From: an uncultured Methanomicrobiales archaeon
Lineage (GTDB): Archaea > Halobacteriota > Methanomicrobia > Methanomicrobiales > Methanospirillaceae
Direction of reading: 5' to 3'
DNA: 64,000 nucleotides
Assembly (NCBI GenBank): GCA_963697895.1
Contig: OY969100.1
Coordinates: forward strand, 192,001-256,000
Every line of letters starts with the position of its first letter. Positions within the stretch are counted from its first letter, which is position 1. Both the position numbers and the translations under genes were made by a program. Below, in pieces: positions 20,277 to 29,882 of this stretch. The notes below the pieces were generated by a model. The model saw only the letters and a program-made list of their open reading frames with translations. It had not been told where the DNA came from and made no database searches.

Positions 20277-21032
20277 TCAGACGAAGTACCGGAGTTCCTC
20301 GTCCCGGGAGACCCGTTCCCCCTCGATCAGGTGCTGGATCACCTGCTCCATCTCGGTCCCCCGCTGCTGGAGCCGGGTCGGATCCACCGTGATGCCGAGG
20401 AGGGTGGAGAGAACCCGGAGCAGGCTTGCGGCACTGAGGGGATCGACGAGGTACCCCGAGGTCTCCCCCATCAGGCAGATCCCGTCCATGCCCCGTTCCA
20501 CCCCGAGGCCGAGCAGGAGGCCGGCTGCACCGACGATGCCGCCGCCGGGTTCTCCCCGGTCAAAGACGGCGCCCGCCGCCTCGACCTCCGGACGGAGCTC
20601 CGGCCGGTTGACCGCCCCGAGCACCCGTGGCTCGTCGACCAGGTGGCCGACCCCGTACCCGCCGAGCGTATAGATCCGTTTCACGCCGCATGACGAAGCG
20701 ATCGAGAGGTAGCGGTCGGCAAGATGGTAGTGCCCTTCATGCGTTCCGCTCTGGTGATCGCCGACGAGAAAGAGGATACTCAGGTCCTCCCCCGCATAAT
20801 GGTACAGCTCGTTGTTCGCGAGCCTGACGGTCCCGCTCTCATCGATGATCACCTGCGGGGGAAAATAGACTGCATGAATCTCGGCGACCTTCCGTGCGCC
20901 GAGCTCCTCGATCAGGTGCTCCGCAACGAGCTTCCCGACGTACCCGATCCCGGGCAGCCCCTCGATCAGGATCGATGCCCGGATCTCCTCTTCCGCGATT
21001 CCCGGTGAGAACTGGACCGTGATCTCTTTCAT
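20277..21032 (-). CDS. Proteasome assembly chaperone family protein (PAC2/PbaB-like)
   Basis: IEGLPGIGYVGKL, FPPQV, IYTLGGYGVG, CLMGETSGYLVDP; usual position after nop10. Confidence 0.9.
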   Translation of the reverse strand: MKEITVQFSPGIAEEEIRASILIEGLPGIGYVGKLVAEHLIEELGARKVAEIHAVYFPPQVIIDESGTVRLANNELYHYAGEDLSILFLVGDHQSGTHEGHYHLADRYLSIASSCGVKRIYTLGGYGVGHLVDEPRVLGAVNRPELRPEVEAAGAVFDRGEPGGGIVGAAGLLLGLGVERGMDGICLMGETSGYLVDPLSAASLLRVLSTLLGITVDPTRLQQRGTEMEQVIQHLIEGERVSRDEELRYFV

Positions 21033-21285
21033 CGGCACCCGTCCCTCCGGTATTTTCCGCAGGGATCCTGCGGGGAGAACTGGACCGTGATCTCTTTCAT
21101 CGGCACTCGCCTGACCGGTATTTTCCATAGGGATCCTGCAGGGAAAAATGGACCGTGATCTCTTTCATCGGCACTCGCCTGACCGGTATTTTCCGTAGGG
21201 ATCCTGCGGGAAAAAAATGGACCGTGATCTCTTTCATCGGCATTCGTTCCTCCGGTATTTTCCATAGGGATCCTGCGGGGAGAAC
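21002..21285 (-). repeat. Four 68-69-bp copies of the nop10 stop / PAC2 start junction
   Basis: TGCCGATGAAAGAGATCACGGTCCA with ATG at 21237, 21168, 21100 and 21032. Confidence 0.95.
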
Positions 21286-21386
21286 CGCGCCGGATGGGGA
21301 GTGCCGGTCGGCTCCCCGCAGGCAGGGCAGACGGGCTGTAAGGTATAGGTACCGTCTGCGGGGCAGCGCCGGATCCTGCCCTTCAT
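21234..21386 (-). CDS. nop10: H/ACA RNP protein Nop10 (50 aa, absent from the ORF track)
   Basis: MKGRIRRCPADGTYTLQPVCPACGEPTGTPHPARFSPQDPYGKYRRNECR*; overlaps the eIF2-alpha stop. Confidence 0.95.
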   Translation of the reverse strand: MKGRIRRCPADGTYTLQPVCPACGEPTGTPHPARFSPQDPYGKYRRNECR

Positions 21387-22171
21387 ACCGCCTTTCCGGA
21401 CTTGGGTTTCTTGATGAACCTGCCTTCGCCGCCGGCCCGTTCAACGACGGCGATCGCAGATCCCGCAGCCTTTTCTATCGCTTTTTCCGCCTTCTTGTAG
21501 TCCGGTGCCGTCACCTTGATCCGGTAGGCCGGAGCCCCGAGATAGGTGAGTTCGATATCCACGTCCGGGATCTTCGGTTCCGCACTCCGGAGCGCCCGGC
21601 GGATGATATTGACCCCCTCAGGCTTGGTGGAGAGGAGGATGATATTGCCCGATACCGTCACGCGGGGGACCTTCACGTTCTCCCGGGCGACGGTTGCGAG
21701 CGCCTCCCGGACTTTCCGGTCGAGGCCCGTCTTCTCGAGCACCTCGTCCCCGTTCACGACGATATCTTCAAAAACAGAATAGAGGTCCCCGTATTGCTTA
21801 TAGAGCGCCGATTCGATCGCCCCGGCCTCTACGCCGGATGCCTCGGCCGCAAACCCGATCCATTTCTTCGATTTGGCCTCGTTCTTCCACTCCCGGATCT
21901 TTTCACGCCGCTGGTGTTCGTTGACATCCTTGAGCGAGAGGTCGATGTGGCCGCGGGAGGTGTCCACGTGGAGCACCTTGCAGACGACCTTCTGCCCTTC
22001 CCGGATATGGTCCCGGATGTACTTGATCCAGCCGGTCGCGATCTCGGAGATCGGGATGAGTCCCTCGCGGTCTTCGTACTCGTCAAGACTCACGAACGCG
22101 ACAAAGTCCCGTACATTCCTGACCGTGCAGACGACCAGTTCCCCTTCCGTCGGCCATTCCCTCTCGTTCAT
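21383..22171 (-). CDS. eif2a: Translation initiation factor 2 subunit alpha
   Basis: WPTEGELVV S1 domain, GWIKYIRD, GHIDLSLK, YLGAPAYRI. Confidence 0.96.
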   Translation of the reverse strand: MNEREWPTEGELVVCTVRNVRDFVAFVSLDEYEDREGLIPISEIATGWIKYIRDHIREGQKVVCKVLHVDTSRGHIDLSLKDVNEHQRREKIREWKNEAKSKKWIGFAAEASGVEAGAIESALYKQYGDLYSVFEDIVVNGDEVLEKTGLDRKVREALATVARENVKVPRVTVSGNIILLSTKPEGVNIIRRALRSAEPKIPDVDIELTYLGAPAYRIKVTAPDYKKAEKAIEKAAGSAIAVVERAGGEGRFIKKPKSGKAV

Positions 22172-22178
22172 CCGGCGA

Positions 22179-22367
22179 TCACTCGAACGTGGCCAGGATC
22201 TCGGCCTTTATAACGGCTTTTCCCCCGGTGGGTTCCGAAAGGACCTTTCCGCAGACGACGCAGACCACCGGGGTGCTGGCCTTCTCAAAGACGATCTGTT
22301 CGTTCTCGCAGTCCGGGCATTTCACCCGGAAAAACCTGCTCCGGTTCTCTCTCTGTAGTTGTACCAT
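22179..22367 (-). CDS. rps27e: 30S ribosomal protein S27e
   Basis: [18 protein letters not shown]...CVVCG...PTGGKA. Confidence 0.96.
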   Translation of the reverse strand: MVQLQRENRSRFFRVKCPDCENEQIVFEKASTPVVCVVCGKVLSEPTGGKAVIKAEILATFE

Positions 22368-22373
22368 TCCCCT

Positions 22374-22652
22374 TCACTCCGTCAGTTCGAATTTTGCAAT
22401 CCGGAATCCGCTTCTCAGGTGTGCCTTTTTGCAGACGCTGCAGCGGTACCGCACATTGATCTTCTTCGTCGGTTTGTCTCCGCCGGGTACTTTGGAGAAC
22501 TTCCCCATATTGCCCACGCTTCCCCTGCGTGCCTTCTGCCGGTCGATCCAGTGAAGTCCGTTGGTCTTGGCCTTCTTCACCTTCTCCACCTCATGCAGCT
22601 GGTGATTCCTGCAGAACGGGCAGTATGTCCTGAATTTTGCTGGCATTTTCAT
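22374..22652 (-). CDS. rpl44e: 50S ribosomal protein L44e
   Basis: RTYCPFC..H...DKPTKK..RYRCSVC. Confidence 0.96.
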   Translation of the reverse strand: MKMPAKFRTYCPFCRNHQLHEVEKVKKAKTNGLHWIDRQKARRGSVGNMGKFSKVPGGDKPTKKINVRYRCSVCKKAHLRSGFRIAKFELTE

Positions 22653-22908
22653 GAAATTGGCCTCTGTATTTCTATAACAAATATCAGTATTATTTGAAGA
22701 GATTCATATATAAGAGTGTGGGATTACTCAACGTTCCGGAAAAATCCGGCCCGTACTGCGGGATCATGCGGGACAGGAGGTTGCCGGATAGTTTTTCGGG
22801 ATGTACGCCCCCGGTCCGGAGCCTCATTTTCCGGGAAAGCACCGATCTCTCCCGGATTGAAGGGAACCGGTCCCGGTCTCTTCGCATCTGCGGGGATCAG
22901 GCCGCATA

Positions 22909-23532
22909 TCAGGTATGGGGGAGATCGCCCGGGCTTTCCACGGAGAGGACGATCTTCCGGTCGCAGAGGACCGCGGCATTCCGTTCGGGGAGCGTCACGA
23001 TATCCTCTTTCTCGAGCGCATATATCCTTCCGTCCACTCCCATGAACGGTTCCATCGTCTCGAGCGCCCGGACCAGCACGTAGGGCGGCGAGAGCGGTCC
23101 GGCCTCCCCGGGGGGTGCCTCCCCCTCGGCGGCTTCCATCTGGCCCGGGATCGGTCCGGTCCCGGAACCGGTGAGGAAGCACCGGCATTCTGCGATCCCC
23201 AGGGTGATCTGGTCGAACATCGTCCGCTCGGCCGGGAGCATCCGCTTCAGCTCGTCGCGGTCGATGTACAGGCCGTCCTCCTGGCTGGTGGCGAGGGCGA
23301 GGATCTTCGCGGTGCGGGCACGGAACAATTCGGCCACAATCTCCCGGAGGCTCCCCACCTCCTCGATGAGGAGACGGGTCTCTTCGGAGAAGGGGTCCTG
23401 CTGGGCATAGACCTCCGTGGTGAGACGCTCGATCTCCATCCGGGCCTTTTCGAAGAGGTCGGCGGGCAGGGAGAGGAGCCTTCCGCTCTCCCGCTCGGTG
23501 AGGAGGAGGGTGTGGAGCTCTTCCAGCTGCAT
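22909..23532 (-). CDS. GINS15 (Gins51)-like replication protein
   Basis: ERESGRL, R..KI..LA, C-terminal FMGVDGRIYALEKEDIVTLPERNA B-domain; immediately downstream of priS. Confidence 0.75.
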   Translation of the reverse strand: MQLEELHTLLLTERESGRLLSLPADLFEKARMEIERLTTEVYAQQDPFSEETRLLIEEVGSLREIVAELFRARTAKILALATSQEDGLYIDRDELKRMLPAERTMFDQITLGIAECRCFLTGSGTGPIPGQMEAAEGEAPPGEAGPLSPPYVLVRALETMEPFMGVDGRIYALEKEDIVTLPERNAAVLCDRKIVLSVESPGDLPHT

Positions 23533-23534
23533 CT

Positions 23535-24683
23535 TCAGGCACCTCCCGCGATCTCGGCGATCCCCCGGCAGCAGAGGAAGACCGCGAGTGCCTCGGGGAC
23601 GGTTGCCTCCCCCTTCGGGAGCGTATGCTGCTCCCCGAGGAGCGTCATCGAGACCGGCAGCGAACAGGCGACCGTCACCGGGCGGGTTCCGAAGATCACT
23701 GCGTCGACGAGGGGATCGAAATCGGGAAGGTCCCGGAGCGGCACCCGGGTTACCCGGAGACCGCTCCCGCCGTGCAGGGAGGTGGGCATCCGGATCAGCC
23801 GCCGGGTATCGGTGGTGACCGGTTCGTCGGCGAGCGCCGCCTTCTCCCGGAGCCTCTGCCGGAACTCCCCGTCCTTCTCCTCCTGCAGCGCGGCAAGGAT
23901 CGCCCACGTCGTCCGGTCTTCCCGCTTTCCGAAGGAACCGCGCCCGAGTTTCTCCGCGAGCTCCGCTCTTCCCCGGTAAAACCGTTCCGCAGATGTTTTC
24001 CCCACGCCCTCAAGCGACATGAGCCGTTCCACCGCCTCTTCTTCTGTCCGGCCGTCGAGCCACGAAAGGTACTCGAGCAGTGCTGCTATATAGCGCTGCT
24101 GCCACCCGCGGGGTGAAGGTGAGGGGGCCGGGAGCAGGAGCTGCGGGTCGATCCCGATCCCGCAGACATAGTCGATCAGCTCCCTCCGTTCCGCGCTCGA
24201 CAATCCCCGCACCGCGAGATCCCGGATATGGACATGATACCCCCGTCCGCCGGAGAAGACCACGTCCAGGTGCTGCCGGTCGAACCCGAGCTCCCCGGTG
24301 AGCATCTCCACGAGCTTCTCCGTCTCGACCTTTACCCGGGCGAGCATCTGCTCGTAGGGGCCCCGCACGATATGGTCCGCATCGAGGTCGAAGACGAGGT
24401 CCGCACCTGCCCATCCCTTCCCGTCCATCGTCCCGGCACCCGGCGTCGCGTAATACGCGACCGAGTAGTACGCATGTGCGGGGGCCATGGCCCGCAGGTA
24501 CTCCAGGAGTTCTGTCCGGCCGGGAAATCCCAGGTGCCGGCGCATCCGGATCTCCGGGTAATCGGGGTCGAAGAAGACGAATCCCCACTCCCGCTGGTCT
24601 GCTGACGGGGGAGGGACCAGTTGCTCCCCGGAGTAATATTCACCGAACCGCTGCCGCAAAAATTCAAGGGTGGCCGCCTTCAT
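23535..24683 (-). CDS. priS: DNA primase small (catalytic) subunit
   Basis: QREWGF, ADLVFDLDAD, FSGGRGYHVH, DEPVTTDTRRLIRMPTSLHG. Confidence 0.95.
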   Translation of the reverse strand: MKAATLEFLRQRFGEYYSGEQLVPPPSADQREWGFVFFDPDYPEIRMRRHLGFPGRTELLEYLRAMAPAHAYYSVAYYATPGAGTMDGKGWAGADLVFDLDADHIVRGPYEQMLARVKVETEKLVEMLTGELGFDRQHLDVVFSGGRGYHVHIRDLAVRGLSSAERRELIDYVCGIGIDPQLLLPAPSPSPRGWQQRYIAALLEYLSWLDGRTEEEAVERLMSLEGVGKTSAERFYRGRAELAEKLGRGSFGKREDRTTWAILAALQEEKDGEFRQRLREKAALADEPVTTDTRRLIRMPTSLHGGSGLRVTRVPLRDLPDFDPLVDAVIFGTRPVTVACSLPVSMTLLGEQHTLPKGEATVPEALAVFLCCRGIAEIAGGA

Positions 24684-25000
24684 CCCCGCTCCTGATCAGG
24701 TATGGACCCTTCCCGTGATATCCGTGTCTCCGGTACCAGGGCCGCACCCCGATCCCGGATCAGGTGCGGACTCTTCCCGTGATATCCGTGTCTCCGGCGT
24801 CAGGGCCGCACTCCGCTCCCGGATCGGACTAGCCCCTCGGGGTGGTACCCGCGTCTCTGGTATCCGGCCGCCTCATCGCCGCTCCCGGATCGGACTGGCC
24901 CCTCGGGGTGGTACCCGCCGCCTCATCCCTGCTCCCGGATCAGGTACGGGCCCTCGCGGTGATATCCGTGTCTCCGGTACCAGGGCCGCACCCCGATCCC
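24680..25000 (-). repeat. Degenerate tandem array derived from the elp3 3' end; the distal copy supplies the priS ATG
   Basis: GTGATATCCGTGTCTCCGG at ~24715, 24779 and 24959 (gene); two shorter GCCCCTCGGGGTGGTACCCG variants at ~24832 and 24898. Confidence 0.9.
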
Positions 25001-26491
25001 GCTCATCACCGCGATGCGCCGGTACCCGGCCGCCCACGCCGCCTCTTCCGCGGCGGCGAGGAGCCGGTCGCCGAACCTCCGGTGCTGCCGCTGTTCCGGG
25101 TCGGGCGACCGTCCGATCGGGACCATGCTCCCGTAGACGTGGAGCTCCCGGATGAGCGCGGCATCCTTCGTCTCCTCCCGCCACCGGTCACCGCCGGTCC
25201 GGAGCCGGGCAAACCCGATCAGGGAGTCGCCGGAGACCGCGGAGATGAAATGCTCCTCCCCCCCGCAGCAGGAGTACCGTTCTTCCGTCATTTCAGCCGC
25301 TGCCTCGGACGGGAGGCGCCCGATCTCCCGGCACCGGATGCACCGGCACCGCCCGCCCTGATCCTCCAGCCGGTCCCGGGCGAGCTGGCGGAAGTTGCTG
25401 TGCCGCGAACCGGCGACGATCAGCTTTGCCGGGATGTCCCGCTGGATCCGCTGGAGCCGGACATACGGGGGGAGCAGGGACTTTCCGTATGCACAGAGGT
25501 CGATCAGGAGATCCTCATCGTAGGGGGCATACGCCCCCTCCTGCCAGAGCGCCTCGATCTCCGATCCCGGCGTGACCAGGGTCGGGTAGATCTTCAGGAA
25601 GTCGGGGCGGAACCGGTCGTCCGAGAAGAGCCCCTCGAAGAGGTGGCGGTCGTCCGCGATCGTGCTCCCGGGGAGGTTCGGCATCACATGGAACCCGACC
25701 TTGAGCCCGGCGTCCCGGAGGAGCCGGTTTGCGTTCACGGTGTCCGCAACGGTGCAGCCCCGCCGGTTGAAGGCGAGGATCCGGTCGTCGATCTGCTGCA
25801 CCCCGAGCTCGACCTTGGTGACCCCGAGGCTGAGCATACGGTCGATCTCCGGCTGCCGGCACCAGTCGGGGCGGGTCTCGAACGTCATCGCGACGCAGCG
25901 GACCGGTGCGGTCTCGTTTCTCGCAAAGACCTCCTCTCTGGTTGGGGAACCGCCGGTCGGGACCTTCCCGTATTCGTTCATCGCCCGGATGCACGCGGTC
26001 ACGAACCCCTCCTGGTATTCCCAGGGACGGGCGGTCATCGTCCCGCCCATCACGATCAGCTCCGCCTTATCCACCGCATGCCCGAGGGCCTCGAACTGTC
26101 CGAGCCGGGCCTGTACCTGTGTATACGGGTCGTAGTCGTGCTCCCGTGCCCGGAGGGCGGCGGGTTCCTCCCCGGTATAGCTCTGCGGCGACTGGAACGG
26201 GTGATCGGGCCCCCCGGGGCAGGGGAGGCATTTCCCGTGGGGGCAGGGGGCCGGGGAGGTCATCACGGCGATCGGGGCGACCCCCGAGAGCGTCCGCCCG
26301 GGCTTGACCAGGAGGAGTCGCCGGAGTTTTTTCCTGTCCTCCGGCGACGCGGCGGCAAGGAGGAGCGAGTTCCGGGGAACCACCGGGAGGGAGTACTTCC
26401 GTGAAACAACCAGTTTTATCCGGTGAATATCCGGGTTCGGCTCAGAAAAGCACAGGGATATGATCTCCCTGCAGACGTCGCGTTCATCCAT
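24923..26491 (-). CDS. elp3: tRNA uridine(34) acetyltransferase Elp3 (radical SAM + GNAT)
   Basis: RTLSGVAP, CPHGKCLPCPGG, QSYTGEEP, ETRPD, LKIYPTLV, RIQRDIP, RELHVYG. Confidence 0.96.
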   Translation of the reverse strand: MDERDVCREIISLCFSEPNPDIHRIKLVVSRKYSLPVVPRNSLLLAAASPEDRKKLRRLLLVKPGRTLSGVAPIAVMTSPAPCPHGKCLPCPGGPDHPFQSPQSYTGEEPAALRAREHDYDPYTQVQARLGQFEALGHAVDKAELIVMGGTMTARPWEYQEGFVTACIRAMNEYGKVPTGGSPTREEVFARNETAPVRCVAMTFETRPDWCRQPEIDRMLSLGVTKVELGVQQIDDRILAFNRRGCTVADTVNANRLLRDAGLKVGFHVMPNLPGSTIADDRHLFEGLFSDDRFRPDFLKIYPTLVTPGSEIEALWQEGAYAPYDEDLLIDLCAYGKSLLPPYVRLQRIQRDIPAKLIVAGSRHSNFRQLARDRLEDQGGRCRCIRCREIGRLPSEAAAEMTEERYSCCGGEEHFISAVSGDSLIGFARLRTGGDRWREETKDAALIRELHVYGSMVPIGRSPDPEQRQHRRFGDRLLAAAEEAAWAAGYRRIAVMSGIGVRPWYRRHGYHREGPYLIREQG

Positions 26492-26501
26492 GAAGGAGAT
26501 G

Positions 26502-26768
26502 TTAGTGTTCCACCGCCACCCGTCCGGAACCGACCTCGGGGGAGTACTCAACCATGAGCGGGCGCTGTGCCCTGATATGGCTGACAATTTCGTCGCCGAG
26601 CGTCAGAATCGCGTCTTTGTGGCATTTTTTGTTTTTGTGAATATGAACAGGAGAGATTTCAAGTGCTGAATACCGTTTTGTCTCGATTTCATCACCGGTG
26701 ATGGATTCATGGTATTTTTTGATGTGAATCATCAACATGTGTAAATGAAGCAATTCTTCCTTTTGCAC
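26502..26768 (-). CDS. UPF0058 family protein
   Basis: KEELLHLH...Y.ALEISPVHIHKNK..HK.AI..LG. Confidence 0.88.
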   Translation of the reverse strand: MQKEELLHLHMLMIHIKKYHESITGDEIETKRYSALEISPVHIHKNKKCHKDAILTLGDEIVSHIRAQRPLMVEYSPEVGSGRVAVEH

Positions 26769-26818
26769 GCTATCACCTAACCTCAAAAATTACTTTTTCC
26801 CTGACCAGATATAGCTTA

Positions 26819-27706
26819 TTGGTGATCTTTATATCCGATATCGGGAGGGTAACAGGCGCCCTGGCGGGGCTTGCGATCGGCGATGCGATGGGTGCGCCCT
26901 TCGAGGGGTACCCGGCTCCGGCCCGGAGAATCACGGATCTTTCCGGGGGAGGCCCGCGGCTGCGTGCACCCGGCCGGTTCACCGACGACACCCTCCAGGC
27001 GCTGGCGGTTGCGGAGTCTCTCTCCCGCTGCCGCGGGTTTCATGCCGGAGACATGGCAGAACGGCTCCTCGCCGGGTACCTGCGGTGCCCGGAGTTCTAC
27101 GGCCCGACCTCCGGCCTCGCCCTCGACCTGATCTCGCGGGGCGTCCCCCCGGAAGAGGCGGCACGGATCGCCCACCGGATGAACAACGGCAGCAGGAGCA
27201 ACGGCAGCGTGATGCGGGGATTCCCCATCGGGATATACTACGCGGGACCGGAGGTGGCCGTCGTGAGCTCCTGTGCCTCCCGCCTGACCCACTACGACCC
27301 GCTCCCCGGCGCCTGCTCCGCCTGGCTGAACGGGATGGTCTCGGCACTCTGCCGGGGGGCGTCCCGCGAGGAGGCATTTGCCCGTGCTCTCCGGGGGTGC
27401 CGGGACGCGGAGGTCGCCGGGTACCTCGGCGGGTACCACCGGTACGACCCAGAGGCGGGACTGGACGCCCTCCTCTGCAGCCACGCGGCGCTCTCGGTTT
27501 TCATGGAGAACAGAAATTTCGCCGACGCAGTGATCGCCGCCGTGAACATGGGCGGTGACACGGACACTGTCGGGGCATGCACGGGAGCACTTGCCGGTGC
27601 ATGCTACGGGATCGGGGCGATCCCCCGGGACTGGCTCTCTCATCTCCAGGATGCGGACACGGTGATCGGGACGGCGGTACGGCTCTGGACGGTTTCTCAG
27701 GATTAG
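26819..27706 (+). CDS. ADP-ribosylglycohydrolase family protein
   Basis: GLAIGDAMGAPFEG, FTDDT, SNGSVMR, LTH, GGDTDTVGA. Confidence 0.92.
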   Translation: MVIFISDIGRVTGALAGLAIGDAMGAPFEGYPAPARRITDLSGGGPRLRAPGRFTDDTLQALAVAESLSRCRGFHAGDMAERLLAGYLRCPEFYGPTSGLALDLISRGVPPEEAARIAHRMNNGSRSNGSVMRGFPIGIYYAGPEVAVVSSCASRLTHYDPLPGACSAWLNGMVSALCRGASREEAFARALRGCRDAEVAGYLGGYHRYDPEAGLDALLCSHAALSVFMENRNFADAVIAAVNMGGDTDTVGACTGALAGACYGIGAIPRDWLSHLQDADTVIGTAVRLWTVSQD

Positions 27707-27787
27707 GCCGGGGTCCCTTTCCTGACCCGGTTCAACTGTTCGTTCAGAACGCTTCGCCGGCTTTCTGTTTTCCTGTCCGGTCGTTCA

Positions 27788-27925
27788 GATCCATCCGGTG
27801 CTCTCCGTTCACCGGACTTCGGTTTCCTTCAGAGGGGACAGTGCCTGTCCGGATATCCCGATCCATCCGGTGCTCTCCGCTCATCGAAAACCCGGTCTCC
27901 TTCCGGGAGGGGACAGTGCCTGTCC
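27788..27925. repeat. Two-copy ~72-bp tandem duplication
   Basis: GATCCATCCGGTGCTCTCCG at 27788 and 27860; both units end GAGGGGACAGTGCCTGTCC. Confidence 0.8.
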
Positions 27926-28336
27926 CCTCCCCGGCCCACCCCTCCGCAAGGGATAACCTCCCGCACCGTTCGATAAGATCCTATTTTAGAATAACAATAG
28001 CGAAATCGATCGCTGCGTTTTCGTTCCTTCCCTTTCTATCGCATAGAGAGGTGAGTCACCGGATGGGAATTCAATCCCTCTCCTTCAAGAGATACCCTAT
28101 CGAGCCGTTCGATGAGATTGTTTTTTAATTATTCTCCTCTGTATATGCGGTCTAGATGTACCCCTATCCCGCCATAGGGAGGGTCTGTAGGGAGGGGATT
28201 GGAAATCCCCGCCCTTACCGGTTCGAAGTCGATCGGGAAATGAAGATGGAATGAGATCTGATGCTGAAAAAAAGATAAAAAAAAATGCCCGGAAAAGGAT
28301 TTGGAAATCCTCCGGAGATCGAAGATGAAAAAGTGA

Positions 28337-28783
28337 TCAGAAAGACATCAGCTCGACGAGGGTGAGTTGCTTCCCCCGTTCGCAGGCGTCCGGAGAGGTG
28401 CCGAGGACCTCGAGCACCGTGTATTTCTCCCCCTCGACGATCCCCTCCGGGTGGCAGAGCAGGTAGGACTCGCACTCCTCCCGGTTGCAGACGAATTCGT
28501 ACTGGATCCGGGTATTTTTTATCGCCTTTTCGGAACCGATCAGGGCGGCGATCGGGGACTCCACCACTTCCACCGCACAGGTCCCGTTCAGGTGCACGAG
28601 GCAGTCGTGCCGTGCCGGCCGGATGCCGACGATCCGGTACCGTTTCCCCGACTGGAGGTTGTTGCATGCCTTCCGGACCTTGCACGACCCGCAGTCATCG
28701 AGCTCCCCTTCATAGATGAACTCCAGTCCCTGCTTTGCCAGTTCCATCCCGATCAGGGTTACCTTCGGTTTTGTCTGCGCCAT
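28337..28783 (-). CDS. UPF0179 family protein
   Basis: VTLIG..LA..G.EFIY, CxxC....C, GKRYRIV, Cys-rich C-terminus. Confidence 0.88.
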   Translation of the reverse strand: MAQTKPKVTLIGMELAKQGLEFIYEGELDDCGSCKVRKACNNLQSGKRYRIVGIRPARHDCLVHLNGTCAVEVVESPIAALIGSEKAIKNTRIQYEFVCNREECESYLLCHPEGIVEGEKYTVLEVLGTSPDACERGKQLTLVELMSF

Positions 28784-28791
28784 GGTTCTTC

Positions 28792-29871
28792 TCACTCCTG
28801 GTAGAGCATCTTCACGAGGTGCTCTGCCGATTCCCGCGTGAGCCCCATATCGAGTATGGTGAGACGCTCAGGGCGAATAGTCTTTGCCGTCATGAGCGCG
28901 TCCGCGACGGTGTCGTCCGGGATGCCGAGCTCCTGCGGCGTAACAGGGGCTCCGATAGTCCGGAGCGCCCCGCGAATCGCCCGCCAGTCGCCCCCGTGGA
29001 GGTACATGCAGATGATCGTCCCGATCCCGCAGGCCTCGCCATGGAGCGCCTTCCCCGGGCATAACCGCTCGAGGGCGTGCCCGAACTTATGCTCCCCGCC
29101 GCTCCCCGGACGGGAGGAACCGGCGATGCTCATCGCCACCCCGGAAGATACCAGGGCATTGGTGACGAACCGGGCGCTCTCCTCGTGATGGGGTTTAATC
29201 CCCGTGGCGTTGTTCATGACGAGCTCCGCGGTCATCCGGGAGAGGGAGACGGCATACTCGCTCACCCGTTCCCCGGTCAGCCGGTGCGAGAGGTCCCAGT
29301 CGAGGACAGCGGTATAGTTGGAGAGAACGTCGGCACAGCCCGCGGCGAGGAGCCGGTGGGGTGCGGCCGCGATGATCGCGGTGTCGGCGACGATCGCGAT
29401 CGGCGGGGCCGCCTGGAGGGAGCTGGCGCCGCCCTCCATCGGCACGGACGCCCGGGAAGAGGCGATCCCGTCATGGGATGCGGCCGTCGGCACGCTGATG
29501 AACGGGTGGTCGAGGTTGTAGGAGACGATCTTCGCCGTATCGATCACCCGGCCGCCGCCGACCCCGACGAGGAAATCGACCCCGGCGGCCGCCTCTTCCG
29601 CCTCGCGGATGATCGCCGGGCTGATCACCGGGGCGATGAACGAGCGGACCTCGTGGTCCTTCGAGAGGAGGTCGATCACCTGTTCCCCGGCAAACCCGAG
29701 CGTATGCGACCCGGTTATGACGAGGACCGACCGCCCCATGCAGAGGTCGTGGGCGACGTCCGGCAGGTTCGGGAGGGCGTCGTGCCCGATGATCACGGTC
29801 CGCGGGAGCTGTAACCACCGCGATTTATCGATGATCTTCTCTTTCAGAACATTTATGCCATCGCCGCTCAT
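28792..29871 (-). CDS. egsA: sn-glycerol-1-phosphate dehydrogenase
   Basis: GVGGGRVIDTAK, SVPTAASHDGIAS, SSRPGSGGEHKF.H, ALHGE. Confidence 0.95.
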   Translation of the reverse strand: MSGDGINVLKEKIIDKSRWLQLPRTVIIGHDALPNLPDVAHDLCMGRSVLVITGSHTLGFAGEQVIDLLSKDHEVRSFIAPVISPAIIREAEEAAAGVDFLVGVGGGRVIDTAKIVSYNLDHPFISVPTAASHDGIASSRASVPMEGGASSLQAAPPIAIVADTAIIAAAPHRLLAAGCADVLSNYTAVLDWDLSHRLTGERVSEYAVSLSRMTAELVMNNATGIKPHHEESARFVTNALVSSGVAMSIAGSSRPGSGGEHKFGHALERLCPGKALHGEACGIGTIICMYLHGGDWRAIRGALRTIGAPVTPQELGIPDDTVADALMTAKTIRPERLTILDMGLTRESAEHLVKMLYQE

Positions 29872-29882
29872 TAAACTCAGGA

